The notes beneath the pieces were generated by a model. It was not told the DNA's origin. It did not search any database and saw nothing but the letters and a program-made list of their open reading frames with translations. From positions 67,332,001 through 67,396,000 of the forward strand of contig OX597823.1 in the NCBI GenBank assembly GCA_951406725.2: a DNA stretch of 64,000 bases. The letters run 5' to 3'. Below, one piece after another: positions 49,606 to 62,173 of the stretch. Source of the DNA: Octopus vulgaris. Its lineage: Eukaryota. The stretch's first letter is position 1. Each line of letters starts with the position of its first letter. Both the position numbers and the translations under genes were made by a program.

Positions 49606-49812
49606 GCCACCCCGCAGATCAGTCAGGCAAGTCAATATTCCCGCTGAATGAGACACCATTTTGTCGCAGTGTCACCCATTTATAGTTGAGTTGTTTAGAG
49701 GAATATGAAATAAAGTATTTTATTGAAGAATATAACGCACCGCCGAGCTGGGAATCGAAATAGAGATCTTCTGAGTAATACTTTAACAACTTAGCTATGC
49801 GCCTTCACCACA
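49605..49812 (-). mobile_element. Old tRNA-derived SINE, family D (degenerate)
   Basis: GGGAATCGAAA (B box on minus); body similar to 50598-50848. Confidence 0.55.
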
Positions 49813-49857
49813 TATATGTGTGTGTGTATGTATGTGTGTGTATGTATGTGTGTGTGG

Positions 49858-49902
<45 letters not shown>

Positions 49903-49904
<2 letters not shown>

Positions 49905-50105
49905 CGTAGGAGTGGCTGTGTGGTAAGTAGCTTGTTTAGCAACCACATGGTTCCGGGGTGGTAAATAGCTTGTTTACCAACCACATGGTTCCGCGTTCAG
50001 TCCCACTGCGTGGCACCTTGGGCAAGTGTCTTCTACTATAGCCTCGGGCCGACCAAAGCCTTGTGAGTGGATTTGGTAGACGGAAACTAAAAGAAGCCCG
50101 TCGTA

Positions 50106-50153
<48 letters not shown>

Positions 50154-50386
50154 TGTGTGTGTTTGTGTGTGTTTGTGTGTCTGTGTTTGTCCCCCTAGCA
50201 TTGCTTGACAACCGATGCTGGTGTGTTTATATCCCCGTTACTTAGCGGTTCGGCAAAAGAGACCGATAGAATAAGTACTGGGCTTACAAAAGAATAAGTC
50301 CCGGGGTCGAGTTGTTCGATTAAAGGCGGTGCTCCAGCATGGCCGCAGTCAAATGACTGAAACAAGTAAAAGAGTAAAAGAGTAAA

Positions 50387-50389
<3 letters not shown>
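49903..50389 (+). mobile_element. SINE family B, full length, with about 39-bp tandem duplication in the head
   Basis: GGCGTAGGAGTGGCTGTGTGGTAAG head; TGGTAA.TAGCTTGTTTA.CAACCACATGGTTCCG twice; internal (TA)/(TG); (AGTAAAAG)n tail. Confidence 0.93.
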
Positions 50390-50430
<41 letters not shown>

Positions 50431-50597
50431 TATACGTATGAGCGTGTACGCCTGCGTGTGTTTGTGAAGTCGATGTATTCATTTATATATTTTGTTATAT
50501 AGAGTTAGAAATCTTTTATATGTAAAACCAATTAAGTATTTTCATTTTCTCTTCATATATGAGTATGCATCTGCATGTACGTGCTTCCAGAATCAAA

Positions 50598-50848
50598 GTT
50601 CCTTTCGGAATTTATAAGACTTATAAGTCTGTCTTCCCGGATTCTGGGGCGTTTATGCTCCCTTCTCCCTGAATGCGACGCCGATCCATCATAGGATTAC
50701 TCATCTTCCCCCAGCTGAGCAGATTAAAGCAACATGAAATAGAGTGTTTTGCTCAAGGACAACACAACGCATCACCCGATCCAGGAATCGAAACCCCAAT
50801 CTTACGATCATGAATGTAACACTAGACCACTAGACCACGTCCCTCCAC
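50598..50848 (-). mobile_element. Old tRNA-derived SINE, family D
   Basis: Minus strand GTGGAGGGACGTGGTCTAGTGGTCTAG (A box) ... GGTTTCGATTCCTGG (B box) ... TCCTTGAGCAAAACACT. Confidence 0.75.
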
Positions 50849-52374
50849 GTACCAGTATATAGTTACACATATATTCATAACTGAGCTTAAGACCTATATG
50901 CCCATATAACCATATGCATGCATAAATATATATGTGCGTGTGTGTACAGGTTTGTCTGTATTATAGCACCATGCATATGCTCTATACAGCACATTTTCTT
51001 ATTTCGCTTCATAAATGATATATGCTGTTGGTTTTCAGTTTGGTTTCTGCTCATTGATGGTATGTGTCATTCAGAGACAGTAGTGAGTGTCATTTGGCAT
51101 TCTAATCCACGGAAACTAATGTTCACATGTCAGTCTGTGGCAATTTAAATACATGTCTAATGTCGTTTTATGTTATGATTCTGTCTACGGAAAATGGTAT
51201 CTGTCAAGCTTTAGAATCGAATTTGACAATTTCTTACATTCTACGTTGTAATATCTTTCGCCGTTGTTACTGTTTTCCTTGTTCGTGCTCTTGTTCATGT
51301 TCTTGTTATCCTTCTTGTTTCTTTCTGTTTCTCAACAATTTTTTTATTTATCTTTATACTATTTTTCTTGTGCCTGTAGTTATTGATATATCTGTTGCTG
51401 TTGTTGTTGTTGTTTTCTCGTTGACATTCTAGATTTCGTTCTTCTTATTGGTATCGTTGTTTATGTTATTGTTTTGTTGTTTTCTGAGACCACACCTTCT
51501 CAGAGTCTGCATACAGCCAGTCCTACACCTAGTCTTCCACCTTCAATCGCCTTCACACCAATAAAAACTGTCCTGTTGTTGTATAATGTTGTATGACCCG
51601 TATTTATATGCGTTGTGCCATATATAACACAGCATCAAGACACACTCATTCATATACATACGTGCATACATACGTAGTAGTATATCTCTGTAAAAACCTC
51701 AATAAAATGCAAACATAATAGACCAGACACCATGATTTAGAACAGAGAGGAACTATGTACAGTAGTGGATGTCAGTTGCTCAGAGATGTGAACATAAATT
51801 GAAAGATCAGCTAGAAAGAAAATGCATATACTGGACTTTCGAAAAATGTACAGATGCTTCACCCACGCTACAAGTTTAGATTCATACCACTAATTACTGA
51901 GCTGCTTGGATATGTGAATCAGCAGCCTCTCTACCAATCTTGAGAAATTGTGGTTCTTAAAATCAGAAAGGAGAAAACTAATTGGAAGGCAACTGGTGGA
52001 AGCCATCATCGTAACTGTCAAAATATGTAAAAAAAAAAAGTGTCTATAAAATATATGTGTACGTGTCTTAACATGCAATTCAATGTATAAGTTTACACAC
52101 ATACACATAAAACAAAGCGTATACATCTGCACATGTACTGACACCAAATACTTACACATATACACACATACATGTACCCTGTTGGTCTTGTAGAAACTCC
52201 ATTGAAGGTGCCTTGGATTTAAACTAGCTCTTTCTTCATTGGCAAGAAATCTATAAAGTTAACAGTGGCATACTTACGTAAATACTTACATACACACATA
52301 CATATCAGCTGAAATGTTTTGCTCAGAAAATGTCAGCTTAATGTTAAAATTTTATGAAAAAGAGAATATCTACG

Positions 52375-52525
52375 TCGGACTGATGAGGAATCTGCCTGTA
52401 CTCCATCCAGATTATAAAATTAGATTTCAACTAACAATTATTGAAGTTCTTGGCAACGTGCATAATTGCCTCAGAACCGATTTTATTCGGTTTGGATTCA
52501 CAAAAACTAGAAAAAACATGTCTAA
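52375..52525 (+). ncRNA. Decayed hammerhead-like motif with large stem II insertion
   Basis: CTGATGA-G-GAATCTG ... TGGATTC-AC-AAAA-ACTAG...CATGTC; GAAA appears mutated and stem I is poor. Confidence 0.3.
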
Positions 52526-53398
52526 TCAGATGATTACAGCTACAAAACTGTCAAAAATACTGTCAAAATATAGAATATATTTATGAAGTTCAACATGAAA
52601 TAAAATCCACATTTGCAATGAAATCCAAGCCTACGCCTACGCATGCTTACATAATATACGCATACATGTACACAAACATGCATACAGATGCACATGCTTA
52701 TATACATACATAAATACATACATTTATAAAAGATTATTCTTCTTTGATGCTGTCTAGATTTCAATGAAAGTGTGTTGTTTCTCGGCTAGAAACCGGCTCC
52801 TTTTTCCATTTGGAGAGAAATTCTAAAAGCAAACGTCAAGAAGGAACATGTCTACAAAGGGACGGAATAATCATTATCTAGTTTTGATTGATTTTATTAA
52901 GTTATAGTTAATTCAGTTAGTTGTGTACTTGGTTGTGTGTAGGTTAATTAGTTGGTGAGTTTCTCTGGTAATAACTCTGAATACGGTTAAATCAAAAGAT
53001 GAAAGGTTATATTTGTTGGCGAAGATTTCGGTCATTCTGGCCAACAATGATAAATAATGTTGGCGGTCCTGATGATAATCAGGAATGTGATGATGACGGT
53101 GACGGCGACGATGATAATGATACTGACTTCTACAACGATGACGGTGGTCGTAGTGGTGATGGTGGTGATGGTGGTGATGGTGGATGTGGTGGTAATGGTG
53201 GTTGTAGTGTTGATGTTGGTGGTGGGGTGATGATGATGATGATTGGAAAGATGACGATGAGGGACGATGAGGATGAAGTCAGCAACGACAAAGACGACGA
53301 GGAAGTTGATTACGACGAATGTTATTTCTGGTTAATCGCAACTCGAAGCTATTTCGGTTAGCAGAGAAATTCGCTTCTGACTTGTGAGTTGATATTGT

Positions 53399-53949
<551 letters not shown>

Positions 53950-53955
<6 letters not shown>

Positions 53956-54016
53956 TGCTCTCGAGAGTGGTGCTCGTGTATGATGACTGAAACCAGAAAA
54001 AAAATAAATGTATATT

Positions 54017-54054
<38 letters not shown>

Positions 54055-54120
54055 AATATACATTTTTTTTTTTCTGGTTTCAGTCATCATACACGAGCAC
54101 CACTCTCGAGAGCAGAATAT
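53950..54120. repeat. About 170-bp fold-back palindrome centred on (TA)n
   Basis: ATATTCTGCTCTCGAGAGTGGTGCTCG...TTGGGA(TA)nTCCCAA...CGAGCACCACTCTCGAGAGCAGAATAT. Confidence 0.95.
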
Positions 54121-55499
54121 TCCCATAGCAGGTTATTCTGCCACAGCTCTATTTCTAAAAAAAAAGCTTCTTTCTAACAAAACACGAAATTTTGTGGGAA
54201 AGGATTAGTCGACATCAATTACATTACCACTTGGTTGGTGCTTTACATCATTGACTTGAAATGGGCGAATGACAGCACTGACCTTGGCAGAGCTTTGTCC
54301 AAATATGAAAGTCCTTTCTATTTTGTTAAGACAAAATTGTTGTGCCATATCTTTCCTTGTTCTTTCTTCGCTAATTGGATAACGAGGCACTCTCTTTTAG
54401 GACATATCTCTTCCACACGTTTTCCTTTTGCCTGAAGATGGTCGATGTTTACTATTTCTTCTGAACTTTCTATGTTGGCATTAGATGAGTCGCTGCTCAT
54501 TATGTTAGCATTAGTTGTGTCAATGGTGCTGCTTTTCTTATTGTTATTAAGTTTCAATTTTCGCTACAATATTCTTTTTGTCTTGTATCTATTTATAAAT
54601 CTTAAATTACTGTTCATGTTTTCTAACACTAGGCAATCGTATTTACTGCTATTACATTTTTGGTTTCAATTTCTCATAAAATACTATATTAAACAAAACT
54701 GGTATTTGCATAAATACCTATATTTATACCTATATATATAAAAACGGAAAGGACAAACCTTCTTGGCACCAAAGTGTTATGGTTTAAATAACCCGAAAAA
54801 AGTCTTTTTTACTCATTTTTTCTACCTATATCTGCAAATAATGCCAAAAACACATGAATGGACACGAGAACAATATATTTATATTGTGCATATGTTTTAA
54901 AGCCATATTCTGACCAAAAAAATGGAAGTACAACAATAATCTTTTATAAAATTTGAAAAATAACCCCGATCTAAAAAGTAAAGTTGAACACGAACAAACT
55001 AAATTACAAGTATACATTCTCAAAGCCAAACTGTATCAGGAATCGAAACAGAAGAGTTAAAATAAGGGTTGTATAACTAAAGTACAAATGACAAGCATAA
55101 AGTCAATATGAAAAATAAAAACGAAACAAAAAAGAAAAAATGTATTAAAAACAAAATGAATAACATCTAAATCCTGGAGCAACTATAAAATACAGACGAA
55201 CAAAAACCTGACTAGAACAACAAAGGCAAACACAAATGAAAGACATCTGAATATCACATGAGAATAGAAAGTTCTGTAGTTGAAGCTCATGAACGTGACA
55301 AACTAAAGGTAGAAATAATTTTGAGATTGAAAACCAAAAGAACTTCCAACGTAGCAACGAAAGTATGCCTTAAGGGTAAAACAGCGTTAAACAGCAACAA
55401 TGATAAGACTCAAACTTGACCAGCACATTTTTAATGAAAAGAATCACAAGCATCATTATCACCAGTTGAAATGAGATAATATGAACAAAAGCCACTGTA

Positions 55500-57663
55500 G
55501 TTAGAAATGTAAGAGGTTATCCCTTGAATCTACTGATATAGGAAGAAAATCGAAAGAAAAACATGGTAACAAATTCAAGTAAAAATTTAGAAAATAAGAG
55601 AGATCTCTTAATCCTTTTTGAAATAAATAAGGAAACAACGTAACTGGAAAAGAAAACTACAAATAAATACTACAAAAATACAACGTGACAAAGAAAGGAA
55701 GTATCCTAAATTCAAAGAATCCCTGGAAGAAAAGAATTTCTCTGAATCGCGAATAATCCGTCGGTATGAAAAGCAAGAATGTTTCTTTGAACAAAGAGGA
55801 CACTTCGACTCGAAAATGATTTTATCATGAACTCAGCAAAAATAAAATATAACTCAATGGAGTACAAACCTTAAGAAAAGCTGATGAATTCTGGGAGATA
55901 ATTATGGAAGTGAAACAATTATCACCGACAAGGTTATTCAAAATAACGAATACGGTATCTGAACAATCGTGCAAGGCAAGAACAACAACACAATGAGTCT
56001 AAATACTACAAAAGAAACAAACACCAGGAAGACTCCAGGACATGGAAAGATATCCACCTTAAGTTAAAATAATTTCTAGTTTGAAATAGAGTGCTATTAG
56101 AGTTGTTTAATAAGATACTGACAGAATTAGATACAACTGGCTCGCCCACAGGAAAACCACCTTCGTCCTCAAGATTGCAAATCCTCTAAACTAAAAAATC
56201 GTGCCTTCCAGCAGCTTGAAACATCTTCATCAAAAATATGTAAATATCTGGAAAAATAGCATCTTTCCTCTGAAGAACAAGTTTGCTGCTAAGACGTAAA
56301 GTTTAAGTAATAATAACAAAGCTATAACCATAAACTGTAGGAGAGAGCAAGGTCTCAGTATAGCATGAATTGGCTAACAGAAAGTTTTTGAAACTGTTCC
56401 CCACGCATGCACACAAGAAACATTATCCATAGTTAATGTAGCAGTAATAAGATATATTAATCACATGATAGGTAAATGACAAACAATTCTGCAAATATTA
56501 AAACGAAACTTATCAGAAGAATCCTTCTTGATACTTGTTTTATTCTTAGTGCTTAGACATTTAATCAATAAACAGACCGAACTCAGATACAACTGCTCTA
56601 GGAGGGCAAGCAATAATTTTTTTGCAAATGGACGATTTCAATTCGTACACTGCAGATGATAAACAACTAGAAATACTGCTACATACAGTACACAGATTTA
56701 CGAAATTCGGTTTAGAAAAAGGACCAAGGCAACATTGAATAACAGAATTAATTAAAAACACTGATACCATGGTAAATAACGAAACAGACAGCCAGAAATA
56801 GACCAACCACATATTTACAAATATTTAGAAATCAATGGACTAGATAGAGTGCAGTTCACATTAATGAAAAAAAGATAGGAAGGAATATTATAGACGCACT
56901 ACATAAATACTTCAAACAGAGCTAAATACAAAATTAAGATAATAGGCATCAATAATCTTGCTATTAGTTTAATTTTCAACTTGCAAGAGGATACAAAAAT
57001 AGAAAACTATTTACCGTCTATAGAATATACAACGTAAAGTCTAACATAGAAATGCTATAATTGCACGAATACAAGGAGGTAGGGGCCTTATTACACTAGC
57101 AAACTAGTAAGAAATAGAAATAGAATAGAATCATGAAAAGCTAATACAAATAGCTGCAACTCGTGAGCAAAACAAAAAGTTGTTTATCTCCTAAAGAAAA
57201 CCATCGAATACAAGCAGAAGTTAAGATGACAGAATGTTTTGCGAAGAAAGAAGCACTAGCAGAAATTATGTAAAGCCGCAAAGTGAAGCTAAAGATGGAA
57301 TTACAGAATGCCATGCTAAAACAACGACAAGAGAAGCCTCTACATGACCGATATCAAAAAATACTGACTAGAGTAGAATAGACAAAAATACAATTCATAG
57401 CACTGTCTGAGTAACGCAAATCTCAAAGTAGAAGCTGAATTATTCTTAATTTGAGTACAAGATGAAAATCGTCCAAATAGGGGTCACCAAAAACATAATA
57501 TAATGAAGAAGAACGTCTTAAATTGCAACATAATATGAGAAATTGAGCAACAAATAATTAATTATATTTTCCTAGCTGTCCAGCCTTAGCCAAGGGCAAT
57601 GTTGGGATTACACAGATTGTTGCAAGACATGCAAGCATTGTGAAATACCTCCAGAAAATAAAA

Positions 57664-57736
<73 letters not shown>

Positions 57737-58190
57737 AGTCTCTGAGAATAACGAAGCTACTATAGTCTAGGATAAGCCAATCCTTAGAGATAGACATAGC
57801 ACGGCTACTCCCTCGGAGTAGGGAAAGGAAAGGAAGGGAAATGTCTCCTAATAGAACCAGGTTCAACAGATAATAATGATAATGTACCACAAAAAGAAAC
57901 TGAGAATTTAGCCAACATATTTGGAAACTGAAATAAGCATAATGCGGAGACTTAAAACAAAGAATGTCTGTAATAATAGTTCTGTTGGGAATAATTACAA
58001 AGCAAGAATTCAAATACATAACCGAAATTCCAATATATATGCAATATACAGAAAATTGCTGTACTAAGCACTGTACACCAATTACGTGGAATACTTTCAA
58101 CACATTAGAATATTACTACAACAAAAGTACCGCACATAGGATGTAGTGAAAGCGCACAATAAATATCAAACAACTGAGAAATAAATTAAT
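55500..58190 (+). pseudogene. Decayed R4/Dong-type non-LTR retrotransposon (RT plus restriction-like endonuclease region)
   Basis: Manual translation across stops: RRYEKQ, EFW, KTPG, EEQ, LSIA*IG*QKVFETVPH (about LSIAWIDYQKAFDSVPH), QMDD, FGLEK, YKYL, GGRGL, KPLH, SCPALA, *DKPILRDR, IQKIAVLSTVH; followed by (TAA)n. Confidence 0.8.
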
Positions 58191-58192
58191 CA

Positions 58193-58243
<51 letters not shown>

Positions 58244-58244
<1 letters not shown>

Positions 58245-58391
58245 TTGCACTACTAGGCACTGCACACATCCTACGCAGAACACTTTCCATACAATAACCA
58301 TCAGAGCATCACAACAAATCACAGCACAAACCCAAGGCACACAGAGCTGCGCTCGGTAGTGAAGTGAAAGCACGCTATAAAAATAAAACTA

Positions 58392-58394
<3 letters not shown>
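58244..58394 (+). mobile_element. Short, younger 3' fragment of an R4/Dong-type element in (TAA)n
   Basis: IALLGTAHILRRTLSIQ* plus 3' UTR, bounded by (TAA)n on both sides. Confidence 0.85.
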
Positions 58395-58438
<44 letters not shown>

Positions 58439-59295
58439 AAGGCCTGAAATTTGACAGGCTATCGATCCCAGTGTTCAACTGATATTTGTTTTATCGTCCT
58501 GGAAAGTCAAATTTCATGTCCGAGGAATTTGGACTCAGGCCGTAGAATCGGACGAATTACCACGAAGTGTTTATTCTGACGATCTAACGAGTCTGCCAGC
58601 TCAGTATTAACTAGATGAATTAATATCTTCAAAAGTTTTTCATGAATTCAACCCAGACGTAAAAATTTGAGCATGTGACTTGTCAAATGCATCAAAGACT
58701 TATCATTATATCCAGTCACTGAAATCATAGAATTACAACAACCCCACCCATTTTGTATGGTTAGGATCAGGTGAAATTGATAAGATACAACACATTCAAG
58801 TGAGGAAGAAAATTAGGAAATAAACTTACTATTAAGAGAGGAAGTGAACGCTAGAAATAAATTTTTAGGTATCACGATTATATAAAAATAAAACGACTTC
58901 AAAATAAATTGAATCTAAAATGAATTGAAAAGAGAAAAGTTAATACAGTAAACTAGAAATTTACTGACAAAGTTCCAGTGGATGAGTAGAGTGGTTCTTG
59001 TAGCGATGTGATGACAATAATTGTGATTATCATTGTTATGATGAAGGTGATGATAGTCATCATCATCGTCGTCATCATCATGATAATAAGTATAATGATG
59101 CTAGTGTTGATAATTAAGATACTGGTGTCAGATGCTTAAAAACCAACATTTATATTCAAACAGACACATGACTACTGAACATGTATTTTCTTTGCTAATT
59201 ACTTTTGTGCTTTGTCTTGATTTAGGATGCGTTAATTAGAAAAAAAATAGAATATAGTAAAATGATAATAAATAATAATAATGATGATGATGATG

Positions 59296-59425
59296 TGCCC
59301 TGTAGAACTGCTACAAAAGGTTCGCCTCCTTGGCACGGCCATAATAATCGAAAAAGTATTACATAGCTGAAAAGAACAGGTACTATTCAAGGCTATAATG
59401 GAAGGGACAAAGGAGCATACTCGGC
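59296..59425 (+). mobile_element. 3' fragment of another RLE-type non-LTR family
   Basis: CPVELLQKVRLLGTAIIIEKVLHS* directly after (TAA)/(TGA)n. Confidence 0.65.
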
Positions 59426-59454
59426 ATATTTTATTTTATGATTTCAATGGGTGG

Positions 59455-59778
59455 AAGCACTCCGTCGGTTACAACGACGAGGGTTCCGGTTGATCCGATC
59501 AACGGAACAGCCTGCTCGTGAAATTAACGTGTAAGTGGCTGAGCACTCCACAGACACGTGTACCCTTAACGCAGTTCTCGGGGATATTCAGCGTGACACA
59601 GAGAGTGACAAGGCCGGCCCTTTGAAATACAGGCACAACAGAAACAAGAAGTAAGAGTGAGAGAAAGTTGTGGTGAAAGAGTACAGCAGGGATCACCACC
59701 ATCCCCTGCCGGAGCATCGTGGAGCTTTAGGTGTTTTCGCTCAATAAACACTCACAACGCCCGGTCTGAGAATCGAAA
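59455..59778 (-). mobile_element. SINE family C (5'-truncated)
   Basis: High similarity to 345-645. Confidence 0.9.
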
Positions 59779-59779
59779 C

Positions 59780-60258
59780 ATGATTTCAATAAAGGCAACA
59801 ACGCAACAGAAAGTGCGAGGAATATCAATGCAGTATATAGGGATCGGACAGTAAGCGTAAGCCAGTATCAACAGTGGTTACAGAAATTCCGAGCCAGAAA
59901 CTACAACCTAGAAGACGATCCTCGTCCTGGAAGATCTGTAGAGCTCGATGAGGACGTTCTGCCAATCCTGGTGGGAAAAATCCTATCGTAACTGTTGAGG
60001 AACAAGCAGAGAAGCTTGGATTTGGCCATTCAACCATTCATCGATACCTGCGCCCCATCGGAAAAGTCATCAAACTGGTTAGTGGGTTCCTCACAAACTT
60101 TTCGAGTCTAATCGCACGCAGAGAGTGAATGTGTGCTCGTCTTCGCTGTCACGTCTCTTGTATGAATTTTTTTTGGACCGAATAGTGTCTGGTGACAAGA
60201 AATGGCTTCTCTATAAAATTGTCAAAAAAACCTACATTATTTATGGGATGAAACAATA
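59780..60258 (+). mobile_element. Mariner remnant (transposase N-terminal half plus right TIR)
   Basis: FNKGNNATESARNINAVY...WLQKFRARNYNLEDDPRPGRS (HTH), WVPHKL, LDRIVSGDKKWLLY (about TGDEKW); end TTATGGGATGAAACAATA. Confidence 0.88.
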
Positions 60259-61529
60259 ATAATGATAATTCTATCTACAATAAGCACAAAGCCTGAAGTT
60301 ACGGAGGAGGATGTAAAGAGCTGGCAGAAATGGCGCTAGGATATTTGCCCGGCGTGCTAAACATTCTGCCAGCTCACTGCCCTTAATAATAATACATACA
60401 AACATACACACACATACATGCACACGCACACATACATATACACACACATACATATGATCGATTAAATATATATGGGTATGTCTAGATATGTAACTATATG
60501 CATGAGAATACATACATAAAACATACAAATCTGCACATACGTTCATACATACATACGTAAATACAAACAAACAGAAATACCCTGATGTTGATGTTGAAAT
60601 TCCAATGAATGAACCTTGGATCTAGGTTAGAAATCGGTTCTTTCTCTATTGGCAAGAAATCTTGAAATAAACTGAATAATGACATAAAAACACACACACA
60701 CATATATACATACATACATAATTACATACATACATACATGCATACATGCATGCATGCATACATACATACATACATACATACATACATACATACATACATA
60801 CATACATACATACAAACATACATACATACATACATACATAGTGTTGCACAAATTTTTGTGACTCAGAGTGAGCCGATAATCAGAAGAATAGCAATTATCA
60901 AAATAGTTGGTTCTTTGATTTCGCTGAACTCAACTTTACTCTTCACTCCTCCGAGGTCCATAAAATAAGGTAGTAGAACTGAGATCAATGTAATTGATCG
61001 ATTTAACAGTTGTATTTAATTTTTCCCATATTTCAAGCTCTGTGCCAATGTTAGAAACAATTGTAATAATGATTTGAATGACTTTGATGAAAATGATATG
61101 GACGAGTATAGGGAATGTGCTTGTAAGAAACAAATTATTTTAGTTCCTGAAGAGATATAGAAATTAGTGAAAGCAGAGATTCTTTGCTAAAAACAATAGC
61201 TCTGCCTGAGAGATATACATACATATAAATGGATATATGTGTGTGTGTGCGTGTGTGTGTGTGTGTGTATGTGAGTGTGTGTCTGCGATTGCGCGTGTGT
61301 ATGAGTAATTGCTTGTATGTGTGGTGTTGTAACAGCTTTTGATGTGCACTTTAGCCATTATATAGATACACTGATATCTGCGCTCTACTCCGTCCGCCAC
61401 GTAGCGATATCAACAATATGCTGATTCTTGCGATGTACACACACACACATACATACATATATAACAAACAAGATGAGGACAAATGTTTCACCAAAAAGGA
61501 AAACTATAATAGTTAACAAATACAACTAG

Positions 61530-61550
61530 TTCCTAAGGTATTTTTCGATG

Positions 61551-61614
<64 letters not shown>

Positions 61615-61734
61615 AGTCACCGCCTGGAATCGAACTCGGAATCTTGGGGCATAATGTGGTTAAGTGCGCGGGCTACTAGCCCCAAGATTCCGATTTCGAT
61701 TCCAGGCAGTGACCTGAATAATAATATTAATAAC

Positions 61735-61793
<59 letters not shown>

Positions 61794-61983
61794 CAACAAC
61801 AACAACATCGAAAAATAACTTAGGAATGGGAACCCAGGTTCGAAATTTCCCCAAGGCACCTGATGAAGGCTGGAGAGTATATCAGCTGAAACGTTGTGTT
61901 AACAACAAACGAGGACAAATCTCCGTCAATTGTAAATAATGTAAATAATGTACATAATTCCTCATCTCTTAAATAAAGAAGTG
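61530..61983 (+). mobile_element. tRNA-headed, hammerhead-bearing retroposon with inverted 5' arm and 12-bp TSD
   Basis: TSD AAATACAACTAG at 61518-61529 and 61984-61995; inverted arms about 61530-61650 / 61680-61826; A/B-box head 61647-61712; HHR GGCAC-CTGATGA-A-GGCTG...CAGCT-GAAA-CGTT-GTGTT at 61855-61900. Confidence 0.8.
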
Positions 61984-62120
61984 AAATACAACTAGGGTAT
62001 TAAAAATACCTATATTGCTAGAACTAAAAGCTAAAATGCTCTAACGCTGTAGTCAATCACATAATTGTATACATATATTCTGACAGGGACTGTTATCGTC
62101 CGAAAACACCGTACGAGAAT

Positions 62121-62173
62121 TCCTTGTACTGACCGGTCAGTTTCGGCAATTTCCGTTGTCTTATCAGTAAGGA
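62121..62173 (-). ncRNA. Type I hammerhead, probably inactivated (G8A)
   Basis: Minus strand TCCTTA-CTGATAA-GACAA-CGGAAA-TTGCC-GAAA-CTGACCGGTCAG-TA-CAAGGA; palindromic stem III. Confidence 0.65.

Noticed and set aside
52999-53361. 120-aa Asp/Gly-rich ORF
   Set aside because: Degenerate (GAT)/(GGT) trinucleotide repeat with no domain or splice evidence.
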